From Amoebidium appalachense (Eukaryota > Protista > Ichthyosporea): a DNA stretch of 64,000 nt. The notes beneath the pieces were generated by a model that made no database searches, was not told the DNA's origin, and saw only the letters and a list, made by a program, of their open reading frames with translations. The stretch is taken from assembly GCA_963693365.1 (NCBI GenBank), contig CAVNZM010000005.1, positions 2,996,202-3,060,201 of the forward strand, in the 5' to 3' direction. A program made the translations under genes and the position numbers. Below are positions 1 to 35,823 of the stretch, one piece after another (within the stretch, counting starts at the first letter, position 1; each line of letters opens with the position of its first letter).

Positions 1-424
1 TGGCTCTCCCCGCCTTCCTCCCTCCTCCCCCCTCCCCCTCCCCTCTCCCCCCCCCCCTTCCCCCCGCCCACACACACCCCCGCCCACACACACATGATTT
101 CCCTTTCCCCCTTCTCCCAACTATCTAGGCCTGTAGTACCATATGTGTGGTTTATAAGTATCTCCCAATAGATTGCATTGATTTGGATCACTCTGCCGCC
201 ACAGTATCCCACCAAGCAGCTTGTCTTGTCCTATTTGTTCCCCGGCTAAGACCCACGAGAATGTGGATATGGCTGTGGGGAGGCCGGGGATTTCTTTTCT
301 AGGGTTGGATATAAAGCAATCACATGTATTGGTTGTGATGCATGCATGGGCGCTTTGTATGATGCACACATGTGCATGCCACCCAGTGTAAGCATTCCAA
401 GCACTTACGTAAATCTTGCTACAG

Positions 425-16108
<15,684 letters not shown>

Positions 16109-16564
16109 ATACATGCACCGAAAATCGATTAGTTGTGTTATTTAGAATATGATTTGATATGATGATGATTGAGTGTTAGTCATACTGATACTAGGCACTG
16201 TGCATTACTCATAACGGATATATCTAGAAGTTACTGGCACGAAACATTGGCTTTGAACGCACATAGCTTAGAAATATGGTATATGATACTAATTGAATGA
16301 AGCTGCTTTTCAGTCTGGTGTGTGATCTTTCGCACCTATTCGTATTGTGAATGGTAAAACGTATTATACAGGAACTGCAATGTATACATGTATTGACTTG
16401 ACATCGAGCAACTTAAGAGTATAAATTAAAACCTGGTGTGTCACCGTGAACAGGGGCCGGTGCATACAGGCAGCCACATGGCATTGCCGGCAATATGCAG
16501 AGAGATAATCGCAATTAATGTGCGAGAACGTGTACACACGTTGTGTGTGTGCGGGTGTGCGTGC

Positions 16565-16622
<58 letters not shown>

Positions 16623-16636
16623 GCGTGCGCGCACGC

Positions 16637-16667
<31 letters not shown>

Positions 16668-16672
16668 TGTCT

Positions 16673-16716
<44 letters not shown>

Positions 16717-16895
16717 CATTCAATACTTGCAGACTTGGACACAGCCCAACAATACACGTAGGACTGCCCACATGCACAAGGCTCTTGGGCAATAGGCAAT
16801 CATGTTCATGATGGCTCCATGCATGGCTGCAGCCGCTAGCAGCTGCAGCCTAGCAGCCAGCAAGTTCTCCGAGAGTAAGTCTCCCTTCCAAAGTA

Positions 16896-17383
16896 CAGTA
16901 AATTGCCTAAATCGGCCACCGTGTTAATTCGGCCACCTTTACAATTCAATCGCTAAGTATCGCAAGAATCGCGCTAGCCTAAAGTGCAGGGTACCTCTAG
17001 AAAGCATTTTTCCTTACCTTTCCAGCGATACTAAGAAAGCGCATGCGCTGCGAAACCTATGAGAGCGACACCGCTTACAAGGACGTTTTGTCAACCTTTT
17101 TTTAAGACTGAGGAATCTGGACTGCCAATTTGGCCGAATCCGACTGCTCCGCCCGGGGTGGCCTATTTACCACGGTGCACCAGAATTCATCATCGGCGTC
17201 GCAAGCAAAAAAAAATTACTTATATGCAACTCTACATATGTACATGCTTAGTAGAAATAAAAGATATAGTATTTTTCTTATTTGTAGTATTTTTTATTTT
17301 TTTTTCGTGTAGTATACTTCTATAGTTCTCTAGTCACTGCCCGCACATGGTGCGAAAGGGTGGCCGATTTAGGCAATTTACTG
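16896..17383. mobile_element. MITE, Tc1/mariner (pogo-like) type, 488 bp
   Basis: Perfect 25-bp terminal inverted repeats CAGTAAATTGCCTAAATCGGCCACC (16896-16920) / GGTGGCCGATTTAGGCAATTTACTG (17359-17383), TA on both flanks (16894-95, 17384-85), subterminal repeat AATTCGGCCACC, no transposase ORF. Confidence 0.9.
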
Positions 17384-18140
17384 TAGCTTCGATTCCAATT
17401 CTCCTCCCCCCCCCCCCCCCCCCCCCCTCCCCCCCCCCCTCCCCCCCCCCCCCCCTTCCGGCCCACCTTGAATAAGTACACACACGTGTACACACACGCA
17501 CGGGTCGACGTCTGGGCCAGATGCGATCTGGTGTACAATGCCGTTCTTTCCAATAGATTGAATAGATCTAGCATGGAAGATCAGATGGTCACAAAGAGGC
17601 AGTGTGTGGTGCGAAAAAAGCGCGAAAAAAAAAGCTAAGAGTGGGGGATGAAGAGTGGTATGCAGAAAAAAGAAATACGTATATGTGATTGGCACGTGGT
17701 CACAGCATGCTTTCTCAGAAGGGTGCAAACTAGATCGAACATGATGGATTGGATGAAAGTGGCTCCCCAATGAAAACCCTGATAGTCTTACATCAGATAG
17801 CCTTACCATGTGCTGTCTCCCTGCTGCCTCTTCTTTTTTTTTTTTTTTTTTTCTTTTTTTTTTTTATGTTGCCGCAGGCGACAGTCACTAGACAATGTTC
17901 GATCGTGACGTCACGGCATTTATTTATCTATTTTTGGTTCGTTCAAATAAACGCAAACTTGTTAAAATTAGAAAACAAATAGTAAACACAAGACATGATA
18001 TGTCTGTTTGGTCATTTTAATACACCAACTAACTAATTTGTATTTAAATTTAAAAATAGTTGGGGCTATCTGATTGATGAATGCAGATTATGTTACATAT
18101 CGAGGATCACCGAGCAATCTGATTTGTGAATATAGCTTCA

Positions 18141-18226
18141 TAGACCCGGCGGGAGACGTCCCGCAGCGTCGTAAGGCCGGGCCTGGCAACTTACGTAGGC
18201 AGCGGGTACATAGCCTTGGAGACTAC
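18141..18226 (-). repeat. Short GC-hairpin dispersed repeat (copy 1)
   Basis: Reverse complement of 18190-18226 is GTAGTCTCCAAGGCTATGTACCCGCTGCCTACGTAAG, matching 31987-32024; contains hairpin GCGGGA-GACG-TCCCGC. Confidence 0.6.
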
Positions 18227-18495
18227 AATTTTAATTGACCTCCTGTGAACCTGTGAACATGTGAACCGTATATGATATGACAGATTCCTCATTTTTATTC
18301 CGGGCCGCTCAGTACACATCATCACTTGTTGAACGTTCCCGTTAGCCACGTGTGGCCACAACACAACTGTTGGCAAAGTTTTTTGTAATCAAACTTTTCA
18401 GAGCTTTTGAAATAGTATCTGTTATTAGTACTGTCTACCCTTAGCTTTTCTCGTTGTTCGTTGTGAACTGCCTTTTTCCGCCCATTCCTGCGACC

Positions 18496-19648
18496 ATGTT
18501 CGTAGAGCGCTTACAGCAGGGGATAACCCTTCCTCTGGCCGCAACACTGTATGTTGTTTGCGCAACTTTCCTTTTCACACAACGGAGAACGAAGAATGGA
18601 TGGCCAGTGGTTGGTTGGGCCAAGCCGCTGCTGGGCTGCGCACTCGAATATGGAAAGGATCCTGTAAAGGTGTTGATGGATGCGTATAGGGCGTATGGAC
18701 AACAGTTTATTCTGAGACTCGGTGGCACAGATTTCTATGTAATTACACACAAAGATGATCTGAAGTTATTTTTCAACGGTAAGACGGATGAGATGTCACT
18801 ATATTTGGGCCTGGACATGTACAATGGCCGTGTGTTCTTCTCTCTTGAAGATGATCTTCTTGCTTCCGAAGAGGATGGGACGATGATTAAAATTCTACGC
18901 AAGCATGTCATTCCCACGTATAATCCACGGACACCCGACCTTGATGCCGAAGTACGAGTGACCATGGGCGATTTGCTAAATGAATGCAGAAAGAATGGGG
19001 GCGAGACTGTGGTCTCTATGCACAAATTTCTGATGGAGGTATGTGTCCGCCCCACAAGTGCAGATATATCATGCATAGTCCCCCTTCACTTTCACCTCGT
19101 TGATCTGTCCGCTGCAGTGCATGACCACACTGCGCGTATGTGCGAAGGAATCTTTAGAAGTTGTCTGCTCCGATTGACTTTTAAGTTGGTGTTTCTCCAT
19201 GCAGGCCATGCATGCAAGGACAATACGTATGCATTTTTGGCTCGATCGTTAGCAGTGCGGAAAGGCATGGGTGTTGTAAGTGTAAAGTGCATCTGTATGT
19301 GTGCCTGTTTCAGAAACTTTTGTGCTTGCAATGCAACCACCTTTTCTTCCGTACGCTCTTTACGAGCAGTTTTTCAGAGGTGCTTTCACTTGAGATCTCT
19401 GCACAGCACGCCATGCAGTGCCACACAACATGAATACAGAGACACACAATCACACCATCACATATTGGCTTCTTGTACACGATGAGCCAAGTGTTTGCTC
19501 CACATATCCAGATTCTTTTTACCAATCCTTGCATGGTTGATGTGCATGACATAGGAATGAGTCATCTCAACAATCATCCCGCTGTGTCCCCCTTGTTGTA
19601 CAAAACAATTTTGATGTCCACTACCTTTCATACCAGACTTTGCAGTCC

Positions 19649-19689
<41 letters not shown>

Positions 19690-20761
19690 AAAAAAAAAAG
19701 GGAAAAAAAGAATTGCTGCCCTCCATACAGGCTTTGCAGTCCCCCTCCCTCCTTCCCCCCTCCCCCTCTCGCCGCCCCCCTTCCCCCCCCCCCCCCCCCG
19801 TTTGTTCTTGTGTACTTCGTACTTTTTGACGCATTCAACCCCCCCCCCCCCACACACACACACACACACACGCACACCGAAAAAAAAACATAAAATAAAT
19901 AAATAATTAACTTGCTCACCCCGCCATCGTTGGGCTGGGAGTGGCAAGCTGGCTAAGGTTAAAAAAAAAATTTTGACCTTTTTTCTTCGGCAGACCGTCG
20001 TGAAGACATCTTCCATTTTCACCGTCGGGGTTGCAGCCGGATACGACCAGCAAATCCTGGACAATCTGTGCATACTCGACAAGGCGTCGATCGATTTCAT
20101 GGGCAAAGGTGGCATGTTTGCAAGCAAGGAAGTTGCTGCCGCAGAACAGGCAAAGAAGATTGTGCTTGAGCGGTTGAAGGTGATTCACGAGCAGGAACGG
20201 GCCAAAGGTAACGCGAACGGCACGCTGTCGTCTTTAATGATGGAGGAGGGTGCACCGGATAAGGCGGCAAGAGCCCATGATGAAGCATACAACATTCTCA
20301 TGGCCACCGTGGTGAATACTTTGGGCGCACTGATGATTCTATTGGTTCAGGTCTATTCACGTCCGCATTTGGTAAAAAATCTTCGCAAGGAGATTTCCGC
20401 GGTTCTCGGGGAGAAGGGTCTCGAACAAAACATCACACGTGAGCAGCTACTCAAAATGCACACGGTACGCAACACGGTTAAGGAGGTGTTACGTCTTTAT
20501 GCCTCGGCCCTTCAAGCTCGATTCACCACCAGTGATATAATCCTGCCCAGTAGTGGTTTGAGGGTGCCCAAGGGCGCAGTTTTAGCGGCTAGTCCCACAA
20601 TCATTCATCGGGTCGCAGATGTCTATCCTGACCCGGAAACATTCGACCCGGATCGTTGGCTGACTGCCATGCCTCATCCAATGGAATCGCTCACGTTTGG
20701 TATGGCCCCTCCCCCCCCCTCCCCCCCCCCCCCCCCAACACACACACCCGCTTCGCCCCCC

Positions 20762-20828
<67 letters not shown>

Positions 20829-21186
20829 TTACTCTCAGTATTCGTGGGTGTGTATGTGTCGGCATGCCCTTCTGGCTGGCAGCACGGTATTCCTCGATGT
20901 GCACCTTTGTGCCTCGATGTGCTTACTGCATTTGGGCCCCTTAGCTTCCCTTGCGCCGTTTCTCTCCCCCCTCCCCCTCTCCTTCTCCCCCCCCCCCCCC
21001 CTCCCTATTTGGTAGCTATGCAACACATTCTCACCACCACCAACCCCCCCCCCCCCCCCCCTCTTCACACACACACACACATACCCACTCCACCCCCTCT
21101 CCCCAACGAAGGAATTTTTGTTTCAGCTGGCTGCATTATTTTCCGTTTACACCTCTCATAGATGCACTGCTAACTCACCATTCCAC

Positions 21187-21264
<78 letters not shown>

Positions 21265-21483
21265 TTACGGGAAACAACAGGCCGGGGCTTCCACATGTGT
21301 GCAGGAGTGCAGCTTGCCGAGGCCGAGATGGCTCTTGTGCTGCTCCGGTTGGTGTCCATGTTTGAAATTTCACTTGCGCCCCCCTACACCTGGGCCGATG
21401 CACTGGAAATGAACCATGCCACCCTTGGTCTGAGCAGACCTGTGGGGGGGTTCGAAATGCAGTTGGTATGCAAGGCTATCTAA
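18496..21483 (+). CDS. Cytochrome P450, CYP7/CYP8/CYP39-clan-like, 3 exons (~483 aa)
   Basis: Exons 18496-19038, 19994-20699, 21281-21483. N-terminal TM anchor, PLLGCALEYGKDP (CYP7-like), I-helix ILMATVVNT, ExxR (KEVLR), FDPDRW, and heme motif FGRGFHMCAG assembled across the exon 2/3 junction. Confidence 0.92.
19799..19838 (+). mobile_element. Family 1 V2 copy F (only terminal 40 bp)
   Basis: CGTTTGTTCTTGTGTACTTCGTACTTTTTGACGCATTCAA, identical to the 3' end of copies B and G, between two C-runs. Confidence 0.8.
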
Positions 21484-21940
21484 GGTATATCCGCAAATGT
21501 TTTGCGAGCGAGTAACATGTGGATAACGATAGAATTGAACACAGTTGGTCTGCTTTTTTTTTTGTTTGAAGTGTGAGGATAGTAATGTTGTAAATTGGGT
21601 ATGATGAAATGTGGAGCACGACTGCTTTGTTGTGGTGATGTATTTCGTAGTGTACATTCAACCCGTTTCGTTGTATTTACCTATCAAGATTGAAATGAAA
21701 AGGGATGCCTTTTTTTGTTCGGACTATTAGTTATAGACTTGGGTGATCTGGCGATATCATATGCATTAGCAGACTTCAGTTGAAATGCGCGTAAATTTAC
21801 ATACAGATAGAGCGCTTTGTAACATACTGTTAGTGTGCCTGACTGCAATAAATCTGTTTCCTCCCTTTTTGTGTTTAAAAACTTCATCCCATTGCTTCTT
21901 GAATTTAAATGCACCTCTATATCACGTGACTCAATGGCCG

Positions 21941-22010
<70 letters not shown>

Positions 22011-23435
22011 ACCACCACTACCACCAAACACACACACGCACGTGCATACACAAGCGCGCGCCTGCACACACCGCGTTTTGTTGTGGTAGAAGGGAGGAGG
22101 GGGGGGGGGGGGGGGGGGGGGCACTTGGTTACACGAAGTCATGTGTTCAGAGGCAATTCACTACGTTTGTTGTGGTATGATAGAATTCTAGAAGGAAAGA
22201 AGGTGGTGGTGGTGGTGGTGGCGTGTGTGTATGTTTGTGTGTGTGGTGGTGGTGGTGGTGGTGGTTAAACTTTGGGGGGGGGGGGGAGGGGGGTGGGGGG
22301 GGATAACCAAATAAAAAATAACCATATGTGGAAATGCATGCTAAGGTGTGTACAGTGTATACGTAATCGCTTTCTGCGCAGACGATGGTTTCGAATCAAT
22401 CATACTGTTTGTCGAGCTGGGGCCGGCTAGTGACGATACAAGTTCTTCCGGTTTTTTTTTTTTAGCAAGAAGCAAAACTGCTGTTTTGTGTGTAGTAGCA
22501 CGGCCCTCTGAAAAAAAGAGGGCCGTGGTAGTAGCCGGTCACTGCCACAGTGCACATGTTGCGGCAACTGCAATAATTGAGAATGCTACCATTCCACTCG
22601 TATGTATCACATTTACCTGGTTGATGCGTTTGGAACGAGGTCGAGGGAGTGGCTCAGTCTGCCTATCAACGAAAAAGCGGGCGCAGCTCTCGATCGAGCT
22701 CGGCAGTGCACAAGAAAAAAAGAAAAAAAAAAGGAAGGGCTTAGAGGAATACTTCGAGTGTTCCCTTCTCAGTATACATTTCTGCAAAAGCATAGAAACC
22801 CCCTTTTCTGGTGAGCTAATCATTCTGGGCTAGTTAGCTGTGAGGGCACACGCTGTCTTGGACACGCACGTCATCATAGTTATCAGGTCATGCTAATTAA
22901 ACATGTAGATGTAAGGTAGGAGCGACATGGTTTAGATCCCACCTCACAGGCATTTGGACACATACATTTAGCTATTATTAATCTATTGTAGCTCAGGGCT
23001 CTGCAGGTGATTGCCCGCTAGTGGAATTTTATATAAGGCTCCTCTGGGTGGGCCTGAGACTTTCTGTAGATCGTGTTTGTATTGATGAATGTGTGAGGGT
23101 CAGAGCGTATGCACGTGTGCCTCTTCGGTTCGGATTCTATGACCTTGTTCGGAGAAGAGGTTTGGTTTAGTCTTCAAGTCGTTCGACTGTGTATTTTGAC
23201 CCTCAGATGGCCAGCATCTGCTGGAACCGGTTTTTATGTTTTTTTTGGACGGGAAGCTTGGAGGAGGAGGGGGAGGGAAGGGGGGGGGGGGGGGGTTGAA
23301 GGTGTACCTGTGCACATGGCATGGCCCCTTCGCGAATGCTTGTTGAATACGCACGCAATTCTGTGAACGAGAGTTTGAGATTATTATGCACAGGAATTCT
23401 TCTCATTCCACCCTTGTCTCCGAGCAGACACCAAC

Positions 23436-29626
<6,191 letters not shown>

Positions 29627-29637
29627 TCAGTGCATCA

Positions 29638-29740
<103 letters not shown>

Positions 29741-30046
29741 AAAAAAAAACACCACCACACGCGCACGCGCACACACACACACGCACACGCAGGAAGGAAA
29801 GGAAGAAAAAGGAGGTGAAAAGAGGGATGCACATGTTATAGTGTAAAGAGAAAGTGAATGGAGCTTGGTACTATCGCCCCCCCAAAAGTTTTGGATCGGA
29901 ATGGTGCAGGGGGGTTTTTTGTTGTTGTTGTTGTTGGTGGTGTTGTTGCTTTTTTGTGTGTGCATGCGTGTGTGCGTGTGTGTGTGCGTGTGTGTGTGTG
30001 TGCGTGCATGAGTGCGTGCGTGCATGCTTGGAAAAGGGGGTGAGGG

Positions 30047-30077
<31 letters not shown>

Positions 30078-31071
30078 ATATTACCAGAAGAACAATGTGG
30101 CCACGCTAGAGTTGAGTGCATACATGATCCTGCGAACACGGGCACACTCTTGTCGGAATCATATTGTGTTCCCAACCCCCCCTATGCACACATGTGATAG
30201 GCACGTGCAGTGGTGACTAACAATATATGTACCCATGGCAGGGGCTCGTCTGGCAACCAAGGGGGTTCGTTGATCTGAGAGTCTTAGGCAGCTATATGTG
30301 GAATATATGTACACATTGGTCGAGGAGTTGGGTGGTTTGATTTTGAGAGAACAAGGCATTAGTGGAATGGTGGGAAAGAGTTATCAGGTGACTGTGACTA
30401 ATAATAACTGTTAGGTGGGTGCGGCAAGAGTGGAGTAGCTAAGTGGTTGCCTTTGCTTGGGATTCGTTTGGCATTTTAAGCCACCGCACACTTTTTTGAC
30501 GGTCACACAGGAACTATCATGGCGGGGGTTTCTCGGGCAGTTCAAAACTTGAGTCAGGGCACTTAAGTGAAGGCATATATGCGAGGGTTGGGTACGTGCG
30601 GTGCGACACAAGCTTATACGATACCATGGTCTTATAATATCTATAAATGTGACTGTCAGAAAGAGGTTTTGAACACAATGCACATGCACCTCATCACACA
30701 TGTTAGATAGTATGCCCACATATGCATGCACGGCGTGCAGCACAACTGAGGGACAAACAAAAACATATTATTCTTAATATTCAGCAAATGGTCTAAAAGA
30801 ATGGTATCGAGGTAGCGTGAAAATGCCAGCCACCAACCAGCCCCTGAAACAATCCGACTAACATGTTACATCGGTCTAAGTGCTTCTGTCGAAACTAGTG
30901 CTACAGAAGTTACAGCTATGTTTATGAAATCCACATCAAAATACCAGCGTAATGCCGGCAAAGCAATGAAGTAGGAACATCACGCTCGGGCACGGAGACA
31001 CAATAGTCACTACAGATACCGACCCGAGAATAGGCAATACAGTATCCACATTGGATAACCTCATAACCAGG

Positions 31072-31832
31072 CTACTCCAGAGTTATTGGGTTCCTTGTGG
31101 TGATTCCGATCTCCAGAGTTAGTTTGCAGCCTTTGGCGAGACCCTCCGGCATGTCGGTTTCATCAACAGAAAGAAGATACTGACCAACTACACACTTCTT
31201 TTCCAAACGCCTTGCTATCGGGAGTATTGTTGCAAAATCCCGTAGCCCGAGTGCTGGGCATCTACACCTACAGCCGAAAAACAATATGACTCCTTCACCT
31301 GGAACCTCCGAATCAGAGGACCGACCACCCCAAGCAAGAAATACTGTGAGGCTCACATGCCCCTGAATCGGATTCCCTTCGTCATCGCAGGACCTCTCGT
31401 AGCTCAGAAACACATGCCATTTGAACCCTTGCCAATCAAATATCTCGCCAAGATTCTATCGCCTAGTTGTAAGTCTTTGAACGCCGGCACGTCCACTGTA
31501 ACTTGAATGTGGTAGCGTGGCTCCATCCAATACCAAGGGTATAATATTCCTTCGGGGTAGCGACCTCTCAAATGTGCCTCATACCGAAGCTTGTATGCCA
31601 GTATCATGTTCCGGCACGAGATCTTGCCGCTCTTTCTCACCTCCTCCAATTCACTCCGTGTCAATAGGGGATACCTCACTAGCTCTTCGACATGGCCATG
31701 GGGTCGCGATCGGCCTGCTGTCTCCTGTGTTTCTGGTTGGTGCATAGCATTGCCCGTCAGGTCACACCACCGCAAAAGGCACGGCCATTCGACCACGGCC
31801 ATTTCTAGATGGCCGTGAACATTCGGACTCAA
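31072..31832 (-). pseudogene. Truncated, frameshifted paralogue of the neighbouring BTB-BACK gene (C-terminal half only)
   Basis: Two overlapping ORFs (31404-31832, 31072-31413). HVEELVRYPLLTRSELEEVRKSGKISCRNMILAYKLRYEAH…WMEPRY aligns with HVEDMVRFCLMSGDELREVERSKKVSLNAILCAYKGRYEAH…WMRPRY at 36180-36360; VDETDMPEGLAKGC aligns with VDKSALPELLQEGC. Confidence 0.75.
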
Positions 31833-31986
31833 CTGAGTTTATGATAGGTTCTAACCATCCATGGAATGCAATTCATGATGTACAATAGTTTGCCTGCCGT
31901 GTCCCGAGCCGCCTGGCGGCTCTGGCCGAGTGGCCGGACCTGCGCGCCGCGCCGCCGCGGCCGAGGCCCTGGGCCCGGGAGCTGGG

Positions 31987-32106
31987 TAGTCTCCAAGGCT
32001 ATGTACCCACTGGCTTACGTAAGCCTTGACTGTGCACTACTACGCCGCGTCGCTTGCGGCAACATTGAGCCGGTCCGCACTCAAAGTGACTAGGAGCCGG
32101 GCCCTA
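31987..32106 (+). repeat. Short GC-hairpin dispersed repeat (copy 2)
   Basis: GTAGTCTCCAAGGCTATGTACCCACTGGCTTACGTAAG…GCCGGGCCCTA, compare copy 1 (…GCCGGGTCTA); preceded by the palindrome GAGCCGCC-T-GGCGGCTC. Confidence 0.55.
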
Positions 32107-32380
32107 ATGCAGGGGATTTGGCGGGAACGCCTGCCAATCATATCCTGGCTTAGAAGTTCCGCAACTCAGCATGCAGCTTGCAACTCTGTGACAACCACCA
32201 AACAGTGCGTGTGATAACCACAAAGTTCAGCGACTGACAAACACCGATGACACACTCTGCTAAACATATTCTACGAGACAGTCCCTGTGGTTCTTAGAAA
32301 CTCGTCCCCCAGACGGCCCCAGTCTCTCTTCCCGGCAGTGTGATACCCTCCCCCCCCCCCCCCCCCCCCCTTCCCCCCCT

Positions 32381-32411
<31 letters not shown>

Positions 32412-32488
32412 CTCCACCACACCACCACCACACACACACACACCCACACACACCTTTCCCCGTTGCCCCCCACCCCCCTCCCCCCGCC

Positions 32489-32533
<45 letters not shown>

Positions 32534-32640
32534 ATTTTTCACCACTAAAACTGTCGTTTTTTTTTTTTTTTGCCCTTTCCCTATTACCTCACACGTTCCT
32601 GCGCATACACGCATATTATTGCTGGGTGGGCAGAGTAAGA

Positions 32641-33008
32641 ATGGCCGCCCGTCTCCCCACTTTCTTTGCTCTGCCAACAGCAGACAAGGACCGCGAGCGC
32701 TATGGGCGCTACTACCGGGAGGGCCGGCTGTGTGGCGTCACCCTGCAGGCCACGGCCAGAGACGGGACCCAAAAGGCCTTCAAAGTCCACCGCGTCATAA
32801 TGGCCGGTTCTCCCTTCCGACACCCCTAACCTTCATGTTTGTAAACCCTTTTGAGTGCAGGAGCATATGTAGCACAACAAACGGTTACGTGTACATTCAA
32901 CATGGAATGCACAAGCACACATAGGGGTTGCCTGAAGCACGCACTTCACGCTAGGCACCACACAGAGACACCTCGGCACGTAAGCAGGCACAAAACACCA
33001 CACATAAT

Positions 33009-33095
<87 letters not shown>

Positions 33096-34616
33096 CACAC
33101 GCACCTGGACACGTGCACGAACGCATGTGCTCATGCACACACACATAAACACACGTACATGCTTATCATACACACACACACGTGTGCAGGCACACGGGCA
33201 AACATGCGTACAGAATTGCACACATACGCTTAAAAACACATGCAAGTACATATTGACGCACACATACACCGGCAGATACATGCGTGAGTGCACAAGCACA
33301 AGCACACAGCCCTACCTACACACACACATTCGCATATGTATGTGGGCAGGCACGCACAGGTACCCGAACGGGCACAGATCCACACGCATGGCCTGAATTG
33401 TGAAATCAGAGGGCAATATATTTGCAGATAGAGATATAGGGTGGCCACATGGAGAGGGTGACTTTTAAGGAGGAAAAATCACACAGGAACACACGTGTTT
33501 GCACAAACACACACATACTTGCATACACACGGTGCTAGAGAATGATGGCTTGAGCAAGGGAAAGGGACACTCGGACTCTCACACAGAAGCGGAAGCACAA
33601 AAACTATTTATATTGGCTTGTCAAACTTGAACACACCTACATACTCTCAAACCTGCATGCAACCCGGACCGCCCCACCTTCCCCTTCCCCCCCCCCCCCC
33701 CCCCCCCTCCCCCCCCCCCCCCCTCCCCCTCCCTCCTTCCCCCCCCCCCCCCCTCCCCCCAACACACACCCACAACACCCACACACGCCATCCCCATCCA
33801 TCCCTTTCCCCTTCGTTTCATGCTTGTGCACGTCATCTTGCTGTGCTTTTCAGGCGCCGCCCCTCCTCCCCTTCCCCCTCCCCCCTCCCCCGCCCCCCTT
33901 CTCCTCCCCCCCTCCCCCCCCCCCCCCCTGTCCCTGCCTCTACCTTCCACCTCTCCTTACGTCCTATGCCTGTTTGCCACACCTCAGACGATCACACAGA
34001 AATCAACAAGCGGCTTGAGGAACGACGGGCAGGGGAAGGGAGGGGGGGGGCAGGGGCAGGGGGGAGGGGGGGGCATCTAGGTGTGTGGGTGTGTTCAAGT
34101 CTGCGTGTATGTATGTGTGCACCATTGTGATCACTTGTCTGTATGGGTGTACGGGTGAAGGTGTGTGGCTGTGTGTGTATGTGAGTTCCTGGGTGATTTT
34201 TCCTCCGCGAAAGTCTCCGAAACACATCGTGATTTGTCCATATTATGCTCCCATATTGCATGCGGAGTTTTAATGGAGTAAGGAATCCATGAACACATAT
34301 GGTTTCTACATGTTCATGGCCTTGCTCCCTGCGTCGGCATATGTGTTCTTTTGGCCTTTCCAACATTTGGTGTTCCCATTAGGCACTTGTGTTTATGGAA
34401 TCGTTAGTGCACACACTAACGCCACTCTACCATGATGCTAGGCTGGGGCCGGGGATGCGCTACTAGCTTCTAGCAGTTTCCGTGAGGGAACCGAGACAGA
34501 AATAGCCATCCGCGAGACAGACACAGAGACCCTCTCCCTGCTCATCGATGCCGTTTATGGCCTGAATACACACGTAGGCCCGGAGGAGTGTGTGCACATG
34601 GTCAATGCTGCAGACA

Positions 34617-34658
<42 letters not shown>

Positions 34659-34718
34659 GTGTGTGTGCGTGCGTGCGTGTGCGTGCGTGCGTGCGGGCGT
34701 GCGGGCGTGCGTGCGTGC

Positions 34719-34816
<98 letters not shown>

Positions 34817-35790
34817 ATGTGTGTGTGTGTGTGTCTGTCTGTGTGGTTTATAAGTGGGTGCGTGCGTGTGCGTGCGTGCGTGGGTACGTGTGTGCATGCG
34901 TGTGTGCGTGTGTGTGCGTGTGTGCATGCGTGTGTCCGTGTGTGCATTCATGCGCTAGTGCTTGTGCACATGCCTGCATGTGTGTGTGTGTGTGTGTTCG
35001 TACATGTGTGTGTGTGTACGTGTGTTGTGTGCGTGCGTGCGTGCGCGCCTGCATGTTTGCCCGCAGGTGTGTACGTGTGGCTGTGAAGTGCGTTGTCACC
35101 TATATGCACGGGATTGTATTTGTCAGCATATTTATTGATATGTGTTTGCAACAAGATTTTTGTAAATTGTAAGTTCGTTTTTGCAAACCACAAGTATGTT
35201 TCTTTCCCTCTCTGGGTGTGGTTGTAGGAGTATGTGCCTGTGCCTGTGTTTTTTTTTGTTTGTTTTTTTGTTTTTGTTTTTCTGTTGGTTGGTTGGTTGG
35301 GGGGGGGGGGGGGGGGGGGAGGGAGGGAGAGGGGGAGGGAGGGGGCTTTAAGTGTGAGTGTCTGTGTGCTGGTGTGTATGCTGCCTCTGGGTTCTTTTGT
35401 GCCGTGTGTGTGTGCTCATGTGTGCGAGTGTATGGATGTGGCCTACGTGCCTGTGGGAGTGTGTGTGTGTTTGTACGTGCATTTGTGCATGTGTGCCTGC
35501 CGGTCTGCCTGCCTCTCTGCCTGCCTGCCTCCCCCATGTGCATGTGTACATGGATATGTATCATGCTAAGTTCTGTGAGCATGCTTGTGCCTCGTGCATG
35601 TGTTATGATGTGAGGAAACGTCTGTGGTGGTGGTGGTGGTGGTGCTGGGGAAAAAAGGGGGAGGGGGGGGGGGGGGGGGGGAGGGGGGGATTATATGCCT
35701 GAGTCTTGTGCAGGGTTTACTATTTCGCGCACATTTATATGTGCTTGGGTGCTACATGGCTGCTTATAATGTGTCGTTTCTTGCAGTCAG

Positions 35791-35823
<33 letters not shown>

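Noticed and set aside
121-330. Non-repetitive minus-strand ORF tail (…LGDTYKPHIWYYRPR) inside a vigilin intron
   Set aside because: No recognisable domain or splice structure, so it cannot be supported as coding.
19039-19485. Extension of the 343-aa P450 ORF beyond 19038
   Set aside because: Read-through into intron 1; P450 similarity resumes in phase at 19994.
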